Notes under the pieces: generated by a model
What the model saw: the letters and a program-made list of their open reading frames with translations, nothing else
Databases searched by the model: none
Told to the model about the DNA's origin: nothing
Part shown: one piece after another, positions 37,731 to 49,062 of the stretch
Numbering within the stretch: position 1 is the first letter of the stretch
Layout: each line of letters starts with the position of its first letter
Origin: Squalus acanthias
Lineage: Eukaryota
DNA: 64,000 nucleotides
Reading direction: 5' to 3'
Assembly (NCBI GenBank): GCA_030390025.1
Contig: CM059431.1
Coordinates: 124,188,001-124,252,000 of the forward strand
Made by a program: the position numbers and the translations under genes

Positions 37731-38891
37731 ATGGGGGCTGCAATGATTGGGGGCGTCGTCCTGCTCCAGCTCAATCGGAGCAGAGTGAGACGCAGACAGA
37801 GAGTGGCAATGATGGCCAGACAGAGGAGGCCCATCAGGCGCATGTACAGGAGAGCTTACCCTCCCAGGGTATATCGTGAACAGCTCTCCTACATCCACAT
37901 GTCCGAGGAGCTGTGTTTGGGAAGGCTGCGATTCAGCAAGGAGGTGGTCACTGAGCTCTGCCACCTGCTGCAGCCAGATCTGCAGCCTCAGCTGAGGTCC
38001 AGGACGTCTCTGTCGGTGGCAGTGAAGGTCACAGTGGCCTTGAACTTCTACGCCACTGGCTCATTCCAAGCTGCTGTTGGGGACCTCGCCAATATCTCCC
38101 AGTTTGCGGTGCATCGCTGCATCCGGCAGGTCACCAATGCCCTCTTCACAAGGAGACGAGACTTCATCTCCTTCCCTATGACCCCAGACAAGCAGCATGA
38201 CCGTGCTATGGGCTTTGCGAGGGTAGCGGGCTTCCCCATGGTGCAGGGCGCCATTGACTGCACGCATGTGGCTTTGCGTGCTCCGCGAGAGAATGCAGAG
38301 GAGTTCCGGAACAGAAAGGGGTTCCATTCCTTGAATGTGCAGTTGGTCTGTGACCACAGACAGGTGATTCTCGCTGTCAATGCCCACTATCCGGGCAGCT
38401 GCCACGATGCTTTCATCCTGCGCCAGAGTACTGTGGCAGAAATTTTCGAGGCACCGCATCAGCCAGTCGGTTGGCTTCTGGGGGACAAGGGGTACGCATT
38501 GAGCACCTGGCTGATGACACCGCTCCGTGTGCCAAACACCCCTGCTGAGCTGCGGTACCAGGAAAGCCAACAAGCAACGAGGAACATTATTGAGCGCACA
38601 ATCGGCGTGCTCAAACAACGATTCCGCTGTCTGGACCATTCCGGAGGAGCCCTGCAGTACTCGCCTGAGCAAGTTTCCAAATTCGTAGTGGTGTGCTGCA
38701 TGTTGCACAACATGGCAATCCTCAGGACGCAGCCAATGCCACCAGGCCTTGCAGCACCACAAGAGGAGGAGGAGGAAGAGGAGGAACAGGCCGAGGACGA
38801 TGATCAGCAGCAGCACCAAGGCAGGAGGGCGGCCCACAATGGTCAAACTGCAAGGGCCGTCCGTCAACGACTAATAGCAAGCCGCTTCTAG
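37731..38891 (+). CDS. Harbinger DDE transposase (HARBI1-like), 386 aa, uninterrupted
   Basis: GAIDCTHV, NRKGFHSLNVQ, GSCHDAFIL, LLGDKGY, RNIIERTIGVLKQRFRCL. TATTTAAA at ~37528 and AATAAA at ~39053. Confidence 0.95.
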   Translation: MGAAMIGGVVLLQLNRSRVRRRQRVAMMARQRRPIRRMYRRAYPPRVYREQLSYIHMSEELCLGRLRFSKEVVTELCHLLQPDLQPQLRSRTSLSVAVKVTVALNFYATGSFQAAVGDLANISQFAVHRCIRQVTNALFTRRRDFISFPMTPDKQHDRAMGFARVAGFPMVQGAIDCTHVALRAPRENAEEFRNRKGFHSLNVQLVCDHRQVILAVNAHYPGSCHDAFILRQSTVAEIFEAPHQPVGWLLGDKGYALSTWLMTPLRVPNTPAELRYQESQQATRNIIERTIGVLKQRFRCLDHSGGALQYSPEQVSKFVVVCCMLHNMAILRTQPMPPGLAAPQEEEEEEEEQAEDDDQQQHQGRRAAHNGQTARAVRQRLIASRF

Positions 38892-39186
38892 GACCCCTGC
38901 CAGTGCTACAAACACGAATCAACCCAGCACGCAACCCCTAAGCCGGCCAAGGCACCAATAATTCCAACCACCAGCCATGTATATTTTGAATACAGAAACT
39001 TATTTATTGTACAAACTCTGTGTGTGTCAATTCCTCATGACAAACTCATAGAAATAAACACAAAAAAAACAGTCAATAACATAACTGGTTCTCACAACCT
39101 GGAGATAATGTCCAAAACACTAAACAAAAGTTGGGCCATGAACCTCGGCCTTTAATAAAAAAATGACCAGCATTTTGGCACACCTC

Positions 39187-41151
39187 CTACTTTTTGCCCT
39201 TCGAGGGTGATCTCCTTCCCTTGCGCACTTCCCCCCTTCTAACCCTACTGCTCCTCCGTAATGGGACCTCAGTGGCTGCAGCAAGGCTGGTGGAAGGCTG
39301 CTGCTTGTCAGACCCTGACACTGCAGATGCCCCTGAAGGACGGCCTCGACCACTTCTGGGCCTGGAGGGCCCGGCTGCAGACTGCACCAACTCTGCATGG
39401 GCGGCAGCAGTCTGTCCTACAGGCGGTGGCAAGTGCAGTGGAGAAGTGACAGTGTTGGCAGCAGGAATGCTGTCATCGTGAGAGAGGACAGCAACTCCCT
39501 GCTCGCCCGACACACTGGCACTCCCACGGGGCAGCACTTCAGCATCCGGAGCAATTTGCCTGAGAACAGATTGCTGGCCTGCTGCGGCGCGGTGACAGCC
39601 CCGGGGACATGTGCACGAACCATCGAGGATGGCAGCAGTCAGTGCTCGCGTGGCCTCAATCTGAGTCTGCATGAGAGCAGGCTCAGATGGGTTCCTGGCA
39701 GCCAGTGACTGAATTGCAGCAGTAAGCTTTAGTGTGGCATCCGCCTGTGCTACAGCGAAGTGCTCCACACTCCTTGCCAGTGCCTCAATGCATTCGGGCA
39801 CCCTTCCCACTGCACCCATGAGCTCAGTGTGCATGACCACCGCCTGGCTGTTCATTTCTGCAATCATCCGCTCCTCCTCTGCGTCCATTGCATTAGGAGT
39901 GTCTGGCATACTCTCCCTCTGGGGAGAAGGCTCCCGTTCTTCCCTCCCCCCCCCATGGCGTTGCTGCAGCCCGCTGGGTCCTGGAACTTCACCATCATCA
40001 GCCCCTTCCCCCCTGCTCCCCCGTTCTTCCCTCCCCCCCCCCATGGCGTTGCTGCAGCCCGCTGGGTCCTGGAACTTCACCATCATCAGCCCCTTCCCCC
40101 CTGCTCCCCTCCGGGGAAGGCGTGTTCCCAGTGTGGCCATGGGCTTCCTCGGGAGAGGGTGGCACTGATGCTCCGGCTTCCTCTTCCTCCTCAGCTGCAG
40201 CATCACTCCCAGTGGCAGCTTCAGGGACCATCTCCTCAGCTGGTGAATCACCATCTGAAAGCAGGGAGGTACAAGAGTGGCTTTAGCGTGAGGACAGGGT
40301 GGCAGTAAGGGAGGAATAAGTGCAGCGAGTTAGCAAGTTGGATTGAAAGTGTCAAAGGCTGGTATTGTGAGGGACAAGTGGAAGGACAGAGGACAAAAAG
40401 GTGATGACCTTACCATTGCTGTCCACAACGGGGTCGGCGTCTCCAGTGGCGACGGGACCGATCACCCGGCTTGCCACAATCCTGTGGACGCGCTCCTCCA
40501 GATCGCTGAGGGGTTGCAGCTGAAGCCGCCCTCCACCCGTCCGTTGCTGCTGTCTCCGATTATGAGCCAGCTTAGCCTGCAAGAAAAAGGACAGCATCTG
40601 AGTCAATATACAGCCATGGTCTTGCCTGATGTGCCTCCCATAGGTGAATAGCCCTTACAATATGCAGCCATGGTCTTGCCTGATGTGCCTCCCATAGGTG
40701 AATAGCCCTTACAATATGCAGCCATGGTCTTGCCTGATGTGCCTCCCATAGGTGAATAGCCCTTACTGTATGCAAATTGTGGAATGTGTGTGTGTGTTTG
40801 ATGAAAGGGCCATAGGTGTTGGATGAGTGTTGTGCATTGGGGTTTTAAGACCCTCTGGCCATAGAGTGAGGTTGAGATGGAGGGATGGAGAGGTATTGAG
40901 AAAAAGCCACTCACCCTGACGACCCGAGTGAGGTCGTTGAACTTTTTGCGGCACTGGACATGGGTCCTGGGCACCATGCTCCTGGAGGAGACGCTCTGAG
41001 CCACCTCCCTCCACACTCTTCTGAACTCGCGTGGCAAAGGCCTCCTGCCACTCTCTGGGAACAGCATGCATCGTCTGCGCTCCACTGCGTCAACCAGAGC
41101 ATCCAAGGCCCGCTCGGTGAAGCGATGAGCGCGTTCTCTCACCCTCTCCAT
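39187..41151 (-). CDS. Harbinger Myb/SANT-like DNA-binding protein; exons 41151-40915, 40576-40414, 40254-39187; one +1 frameshift in exon 3
   Basis: RFTERALDALV...LFP...W.EVA..V...RT..QCRKKFNDL. Canonical GTGAGT/GTAAG donors and YAG acceptors with matching phases (0, 1). Basic C-terminus. Confidence 0.88.
39934..40108. repeat. 87/88-bp tandem duplication in Myb/SANT exon 3
   Basis: The two copies differ by a C9 versus C10 run. Confidence 0.9.
40611..40767. repeat. 54-bp tandem repeat (~2.9 copies) in Myb/SANT intron 1
   Basis: CAGCCATGGTCTTGCCTGATGTGCC... starts at 40611, 40665 and 40719. Confidence 0.95.
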
Positions 41152-41749
41152 TCTTGGCAGCAAAATGGATTACAGGTCTCTCCAGGCTGAGATTCAAGGC
41201 TGCAATGAGCAGGGTGTGGCTGGGGAGCAAGTGGCCCCCCCCGCTTTAAGAAGTGTCCGGCGCCAGTGTGTCTGTGTTACCGCGCTAACTGGCAGCAGCT
41301 GCGCTGCGCTCGTGCGCTGAGTTAGCGCCTCACTCCTAGGCCTTTGCGCCTTAAGAGAGGTGTGCAGCGCCTAATTTAGCGCTCCACTCACCTCCCGGGG
41401 CGGTAAAAGTGAAGTTTCCTGTCAGTGCCGATAATTAGCGCCAGGCGCTAATATTTGCGCGCGGACGATATTTGCGCCCCAAATGGGGCGCGACCTAATT
41501 TCTACCCCTAAGAATTTTAATCACAATGGTCCTTTACAGTGTTTAATAGGCAAAATTAGACTGACATTACAAAATGAAAAGTGCAGTCATGTAATTCCCA
41601 TAAATCTGTGAGTTAAACACTGAAATGTTTGCTATCTTTTCCAGAGTACAATGTTAAGCTACTTATAGGAGCAAGAAACCCTCAGAGATTGAAGACAGGA
41701 GGTGCAGACCTTAAGTAAGCAGGAGGTAGTCTAGGAGGGAGTTGGTGCT

Positions 41750-43230
41750 CTCAATCACCAGCCTGGTAGCTGCATGTGCCTCATTGCACCATGATCCAAG
41801 CTGTTTCTGTTGGGGTAGTCGGATTGGGATCATCAGCCATGGCAGCAGGTGATAAGCCTTGTCACCCAACAGGCAGCCATCAATATGGTTTTCATCCTCA
41901 GAGAGGTCAGGGAGGGCTGAATATCAGAGAATGAAGGCATCATGGCAGCTTCCTACATGCCAGGTATTGACATGAAGGATCCTCTTTGTGGTGTCACAAA
42001 CTATCTGCATATTCATGGCCTGGAATCCCTTCCTTTTCACATAGGTAAGGGGAATGGGGGTGTGGGCGGTCTATGCTAGCCTTCAATGTGACATGGGTGC
42101 CATTGATTGTAAGACACTTGGGGAAAAATTCAGTTGGTTGCGCCTCCCGTTAGCGCCTTAAGAGGGCGCTAATGGGGCGCAAAGCATCTAGCGCCCAGGC
42201 GCAGCGAAGTTTGCGCCGCTCGCAAAATTAACTAGACATTTTGCGGCGGCGCTAAACACTACTGCCACGATCTCCTGCGCCGGCAGATCATGACGTCACT
42301 CGAGTGCGCAACGCCCCGGTATCGCCCCGGAGCGGATATTGAGTGGCGCCCCCTGCCTTACCGCCTGACGCTAGCAACGACAGGTTGAGGGGAGTGTTCT
42401 GCAGTCATGAAGGGAAAGGGGGAGCGCTATTTAAAGGCGACCGCTTCCTGCCTTTTATTGTTGGTGCTATTTTTGAACTACGCATTCTGAGAGAGAGAGG
42501 GAGAGACTTCTGGAGAGATTCAACGTTGTGTGAAGGAGTTTTGGGTACTGAGCAGCACTTTGCAGGTTCATTTTGATTTGCCATTCCTTGTATCGATTTA
42601 GAAAAGACTGTGTGGGCTGCACTCTGAGCTCTTTGCCTGGTACTCTCCATTGTTCTTTCCAGCACATTTGATGTGCAGGTCTCTCCAGGCCGAGATTCAA
42701 GGCTGCAATGAGCAGGATGTGGATGGAAAGCAAGATTAACCATCCCCTTTAAGAACTGGCCCGTGCCATTGTGTGTGTGTTCCATTGCTGACTGACATTA
42801 CATGAGCTTCGCCAGCGCTCTGAGGTAGCGCCTTGCTCCTCGGCCTTTGCACCTTAAGACAGGTGTAAAGTGCCTGATTTAGCGCTGCAATCACCTCCAG
42901 GGGCGATAAAAGTCAAGTTTGCAGTCGGTGGCGATAATTAGCACCAGGCGCTAATCTTTGCGCCCGGCCGATAATTGCACCCCAAATGGGGCGATACTGA
43001 ATTTTTCCCCCTCAGTGTATTAATTTGAAAGATTTAGGGAAGCCAGCAATCCATAGCACTGTGTGGCCCTTTCTCGCTATTGCCTTGCTGTGATGCCAAA
43101 GTTGATGAACAGGTCATCAATGCCCTTACTGCTTTCTGGCTTATGTTGCAGAGAACCCTCTTCGCTGCCAGAAAGGAACTTGAGCTGCAAAAGTTGAGGG
43201 CAGTGGTGACCATCGTTGCCATGAAGAAAA
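41750..43230 (-). pseudogene. Ancient Harbinger transposase remnant, split by a MITE
   Basis: VTTALNFCSSSSFLAA (ORF 43034-43222); GSCHDAFI-like sequence at ~41930-41953; LLGDK at ~41858-41872. Confidence 0.7.
42120..43011. mobile_element. Non-autonomous internal-deletion relative (MITE) of the 37219 Harbinger
   Basis: TIR GGGGAAAAATTCAGT / ACTGAATTTTTCCCC. Left part homologous to 37219-37620, right part to ~41140-41508. Confidence 0.9.
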
Positions 43231-43683
43231 CAATACTGGCAGATAAGTGTGGGTTCAGATCTTCACTTTTTAATCATTTTACAGAAAACAAAATAAAGAT
43301 TGGGACATTCACATGGGATTAAGGTAGAAGCTGAAATATGATAAACAAAATTAAAGTTTATTTTTTATTATTTTAAAACTCTATGGAATTTTTATCATGG
43401 AATGGGGGGAATGACACTCCACGCTTATAAAATTAGTTTTTCAGGACCAGAGAGGTTGTTCAGCAGTAATTATGACTTAGTACACTGTTACAATCTCAGT
43501 TATATCTCATTCAATGGTTTTTACAGCAAGAATAGTTCAGAAAAAGCTGAAGTTCATGTCAAATCACTGATTCTATATTGGTTGAATCTACACAGACTGC
43601 AACAGTGCATCCTGTGGAGGAACAGATTCTAGATTTCCGTGTTTATCTGCCCATGTGCGGATGCCAGAGGTTGTTGTCAGTTT

Positions 43684-44528
43684 GGGGGGATTTTTGCCAG
43701 CCCTGGGGAGGTGGGTTTGGAGGCGGGACTGCCGGGAAAATGGCAGAAACTGGGAGCGAGTAGTGAACCCGCTCGCAACCTGCCTCTGTGCCATCTTCCT
43801 GGGAGGCTGGTCCCCGACTCACGCAGGGACCCATCTCCTCGAGGCAGGAAATGGATTACAGCCACTTAACTGCCTGTTAACAGGTAGTTAACAGGCAGTT
43901 AAGAGGCTTATCCCCATTTTACCAACACAAGTGCGGGCTTCCCAACGTCGGGAAAACCCGTCAGGGTCAGCGAGGCAAGCAGTGGGTCTGCGGGGGTGAG
44001 AGGGGTCGAAAAGTGCGCTGTGGAGGTGAGTGATGGGTGCAAGTGTGGAGAGGTATGTATGGGAGGCGAGTGAAAAGTGTTAGAAAAAGTTTCCTTACCT
44101 TTGTTTCTTCCTGCAGGCTTCAACCCTTTGGGATCCAGAGGCTCCTCATCTCCACGGCAGAGATGACAGAATGGCTGCTGCATTCTCTGATGCAACAGCC
44201 ATCTGATTTCTGCTCAGGAAAGAGGTTTGGTGAGTCTTGAGTACAAGCACTCACCAAAGAACAGAGATTGTCAGTGTTTGACAGCTTCTCAAAGCTGTCA
44301 AACGATGACAATTCATCTGTCAAAAATTTTTGACAGATGAAACGTCATACACTGACGTTCTCTGTCACCTGCTTTCCCTTAATTGGCCTGCTAAGCCCGC
44401 AGGGCGGGCTTAACAAGATCAATCAAGGGAAAATAGCATGGGTTGGCCGGACGTCGTTGGGGGCGGGACTGAAACCCGACAAACAGCAGTCTCGCCCCCA
44501 ACGCACCCCCATTGATAAAATCCTGCCC
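43684..44528. mobile_element. Harbinger-type MITE
   Basis: Termini GGGGGGATTTT / AAAATCCTGCCC; 5' end similar to 56961. Confidence 0.6.
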
Positions 44529-46163
44529 TTTTACACAGTAATGACGGTGAGCGCTGACATTGTCGCCGTCTTTGCAATCTTAAATTCCGCACCATTACCT
44601 CTCTCAGGAAATCCCGATATACTCACATTAATCATTTGCTAAAATGTCTTCCTTAATTACTGTTTATTATATTAAAAAATAAACAGATTTAAAAACCTAA
44701 GTTTCGAGAAGCTTAAATTTAACAAAATAAAGACACAAAATCAAAAGGACTTGTTCACAGAATATTTTTTGTACAGTCTAACATTCAGTTGCTCTATCAC
44801 CCATTTATTTACATTAACATCCTCAAAAACAAGTACAAATCAATAGAATTCAGTAGAGCAATGCCAAATCAGGTATAAAATGAGAAATAAAGAGTTGGAA
44901 AGAAACATTTTATCAAGAGAGAGAGAGAGAAAAGAGACAGAAAGGAAAAGTAAGAAAACAAATAAATTAAAATTTGACATTGTTTAACTCTCCTAAAGTA
45001 ATTCACAACCTGACGGAATGAATTTCACACTTATAATAGTTAATTCTTGGTGCCAGAGAGGTTGATTGGCAGTCATTAACACTTATCACGGCATTAAAAG
45101 GGTACTTACACTTGTAATTATTCACCCTAAATATCTGCGGTGGATTCGGTTCGTATCTACCGCACAAATGCAGCAAACTCACGGCATTCAATGCATTTCA
45201 ATGGAGGCAGACAGCGCAATGCCGTATTCATGAAGTTAATGGTGGAGAAGGGCAACTCGGACAGGTCTTTTGGATATTGGCATTTAACCGTGCATCAGCC
45301 CCTCACCTGAATTTGGTGTAACATTTACGCAGAAATAATGGCGAGCACCATTAGCCTCACCGTTAGTTAAGTTTGGGAAAGGAGGAGGGCAATAATGCTA
45401 ACCATTCAGACTTTTGACTACCTCCCGCCAACTAGCTATAGAGCAGCAGTGGTAAGCAGCCTAGAAGGAACATGTAGTATTCTCAGGCACTGATGGTATA
45501 TAAAATGGAAGCCACTCAACAAGCATCCAATGAAATTTTTAACTTTTATCTCTATGGAGCCATGGGCAGCAGGAGTGTACCTCCTGGGCCCACAATAAAA
45601 ACTCTGGCTTGCTTCTGGCCTCTGCCAGGATCCCGCCTGCCCAGGATGGCCTCCCACCAAAGGCTTGACCTGCCGGCCGGCTCAGCATGGGACCGTCTCG
45701 AATACGTGCCCTCACACACCAGGCAAGCTGCGGCGGGGCTTCTGTTTGGTGCCTGCAGCTCACTGGCAGCATTCAACTGAGGCTCAAACCGATAGTGGTT
45801 CGGGAATCCTGATGCCATTTTAGGCAGAAGTCAAAGATTGCTGCTGGGAAGTCTCCAAAATACTATTACAGGAAACTCTTTGGTATCCGGCACCGACGGG
45901 ACCGGCGTGGTGCCGGTTGATCGAAAGTTCCGGATAACGGAGAGTTATATCTACCGAGGCTATTTTTAACAAAGAAAAATAAAAAAATCAAGAAATGTGC
46001 AGTATACAGTATTTGGGTACTCACCTACAGAATGTTGTGTTAAATGGATGGTGGAAGATGCTTGATTAAGTACAGTACTGCCAGTTGAGGGTAATCCATA
46101 ACTCTTTAATTACTTAACAAAACTTATAAACGACTGTATACAGTACTGTAGTTGACTGTACAC

Positions 46164-47930
46164 TTATTCCGAGTCATCTGGTTCATCAGAAATATCCATG
46201 CCAGCTGGGTTCACAGGAGCATGCAGTTCTACAGATTCCACAGATTCTTCAGGCACTTCCGCTGCTGCGACTCTTTTGGAAGCTTTCTTAAACATGTTGC
46301 GGATGTCGGTTTGCTTAGTGGACTCTTGCCTTTTCTGTAGAAAGGTGGAATGCAGAATATGGAGTTGCATAACTTCTTGTGCAGAGTAGCAAGTCTGCCT
46401 TTCAGCAAAATTGAGGATTGAAGAAAATCCTTCTGCAGCTTTAGCCCAAGAAATCTTCTCTTCTTCAGAAATATCATCCTCTTCACTTTCCATCTCACTT
46501 TCCTTTTCTTTCTTTGGATTCAAAACATTCTCAATTATTTCATCATCACTTAGCATATGCACAACACCAACTTCTCGATCTGCAGCAACCCACTGCTCGA
46601 TAACACTTTCACTGAGGTGACGTAGAGGGTTTGCTGGTCCTGCATTTTTCACCATGCCAGCCATTTCCATTATTGTACTCTTCTTGGGACGAACATTGAA
46701 CCCATGAAATTCCTACTCTGAAGAAGAAGCTTCAGCAAACATTACAGAAGGCCACAATTTGCGCCAGGCTTGCCTCAGAGTGTGACCTTTCACAAAGTTC
46801 CAGGAACATGCAACATTATAGATGGCATCTTTAATATTGTATTCCTTCTGAAATTCTTGAATATTGTCATCTTGGCTTATCAGTTTACGTAGGAAGTCTT
46901 TCTTGTAATGACACTTCAGATTTTGGATAACGCCCTGGTCCATGGGTTGGATGAGAGAAGTTACATTTGGTGGCAAATAAATGGTGAAAATATTTCCCGA
47001 AACCAACTCAGATTCATGCGGATGGGCTCTGCAATTATCAAGCAATAAAATGCATTTGCTATCTTCAGGTTTCCCTATTTTGCGGAAATGTTCCCTCACA
47101 GATGGAACAAAAATATGATGGAACCAATCAGAGAAGATTTCCTTATCCATCCAAGCATTTTTTTGAGCTTTGTACTCAACAGGTAAGTGCCTCACATTTT
47201 TAAATGCACGGAGATTTTTATACTTCCCGATAACAAGAAGTTTAACCCGGTGTGATCCAGCGGCGTTCGCACATGTTAGCACGGTTACACAATCTTTATT
47301 TTTCTTGTAACCTGAAGCATTAGCCTCACTAGCCCCAGCAAGCGTTGATTCTGGCAAAAACCTCCAAAACAAGCCAGTTTCATCGGCATTGTAGATCTGT
47401 GCTGGCGACAAATCATGTTGCTGCACAATCCGATTGAAATAATCGCAGTATTCTTCTGCGGCGTCGTGATCAGCTGATTTCTTCTCCCCGGAAATATCGA
47501 GTCGTCGTATCCCGTGCCGTAACTTGAAGCACGTTAGCCATCCCTCGGAGAAAGCACACTTGTCAGTGAGCTCCATCCTTTCATAGAAATCCTTCGCTTT
47601 CTCGATGAGCATGGGTCCGGAAATTGGAACACCCTCTGAACGCTTAAGAGAAAACCATTCATAAAGCACGGTATCCAGCTCTTCAAGCTTAGGCTTACGA
47701 AGCGTACGCCGTTTCTCTACTCTCTTAGATGTCTCCCAGCTTGAATAAAACTTGAGCAGCTTATCCTTCTGCGATTTGATGTCGTAGATTGTTGACGAAC
47801 CGATTTTGAATTAATTCATAATGTTGATACGCTTCTCTCCCCTTTCTAGTCGTTGGCATATCTCGATTTTCTGTTTTAAAGTTAAGACCACTCTCTTCCT
47901 TTTGCTTGGACTAGCTTTTGGGAATTCCAT
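46164..47930 (-). pseudogene. Tigger/JERKY/CENP-B-like transposase with a few disabling lesions
   Basis: MEFPKASPSKRKRVVLTLKQKIEI HTH start; [21 protein letters not shown]. Stops at ~47811 and 46713 and a frameshift near 47740. Confidence 0.92.
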
Positions 47931-47994
47931 AATGCAAGATGGAGGAGATAATTGCCGATGAAGATGGAAAGACACACAGAACAATGGTGGCTAG

Positions 47995-48312
47995 GAAGAG
48001 ACTACCAGCAGCGTGGCAGACACACAGTAAAATGGTGTATCAGAAGAGACTACAGTACCAGCAGCGTGGGAGACACACAGTAAAATGGTGTATCAGAAGA
48101 GACTACCAGCAGCGCGGGAGACACACAGTAAAATGGTGTATCAGAAGAGACTACCAGCAGCGTGGGAGACACACAGCAAAATGGTGTATCAGAAGAGACT
48201 ACCAGCAGCGTGGGAGACACACAGCAAAATGGCCGATCAGAAGAGACTACCAGCAGCGTGGGAGACACACAGCAAAATGGCCGATCAGAAGAGACTCCCG
48301 GCAGCGCGGGAG
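47995..48312. repeat. 48-bp minisatellite (~6.5 copies) upstream of the Tigger transposase
   Basis: Unit AGAAGAGACTACCAGCAGCGTGGGAGACACACAG(T/C)AAAATGGTGTATC. Confidence 0.95.
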
Positions 48313-49062
48313 AATCAACTTCTGCTACTGCAGTGTTCGGACTTCCGACAGCGCCAGGAGGCCGAGTAGTGGCACTTTTGAAAACTACCCCTACTGACTA
48401 AATCGGCGTTCGCGGACTCGGACTCGGACTCGGACTCGGCAACATTGCCGGTTATTTGAGAGGAGTTTTCGGAGGATGATTTTTGCCGGTTAAGCAAGAA
48501 TTCCGGATATTTGGGTGCCGGTTAAACAAGAGTTTCCTGTATATAAAGCAAAGATAAGTAGGTTAAGAATATTCAAGTGCTCCTCTAAAGGCATAGTTAT
48601 TGTTTGGGGTGGAATTGAGTACTAAGAAGATCCCCATAATTTACATAGGATTACATAAGATATACAGAACAGAAACAGGCCATAATTAATCCCTAATTAA
48701 TCCAAGAGGCCTCCGATCCTACCCCCTGGGGAATACCATCCCCCCACGAGGTCTCTGATCCCCCCTTTCGACCCTTGATCACCTTCCTGGACACCCCCCT
48801 CCAGATGCTCCTCCGGCTCCCGAGTTCTGACCACCACACCCCCCCACCCGATGCTCCTCCGGCCCCGATCCTCTCTCCACCCGTCCCTGCCATGCTCCTC
48901 CAGCCCGCCTCGATCCTCCGGCCCTGATCCTCTCTCTCCCCCCCCCACCGCCCCCCCCCCCCCCCCCCCCCACCGAAGCTCTGCCAGCCGGCCCCGATCC
49001 TTTCTCTCCCACACCACCAAAGCTCCTCCGACAGGGCCTGATCCTTTCTCTCCCCCAGCCCC

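Larger units (their letters stand above)
37219..41508. mobile_element. Full-length two-gene Harbinger (PIF/Harbinger) transposon
   Basis: TIRs GGGGTAAAAATT / AATTTCTACCCC; TSD TAA (37216-37218, 41509-41511); convergent transposase and Myb/SANT genes. Confidence 0.96.
45869..48539 (-). mobile_element. Full-length Tigger/pogo (Tc1-mariner) transposon
   Basis: Imperfect 26-bp TIRs starting CAGGAAACTCTT; TA TSD on both sides. Confidence 0.95.

Noticed and set aside
38061..38867. 268-aa minus-strand ORF
   Set aside because: Antisense shadow of the Harbinger transposase.
39187..40254. 355-aa stand-alone ORF
   Set aside because: It is exon 3 of the spliced Myb/SANT gene, and its N-terminal part is out of the true frame.
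41645..41750. Exon-like EYNVKLLIGARNPQRLK resembling the chordin linker before VWC2
   Set aside because: No conserved cysteines follow, and it abuts a Harbinger remnant.
47939..48397. 152-aa repetitive ORF
   Set aside because: Translation of the 48-bp minisatellite.
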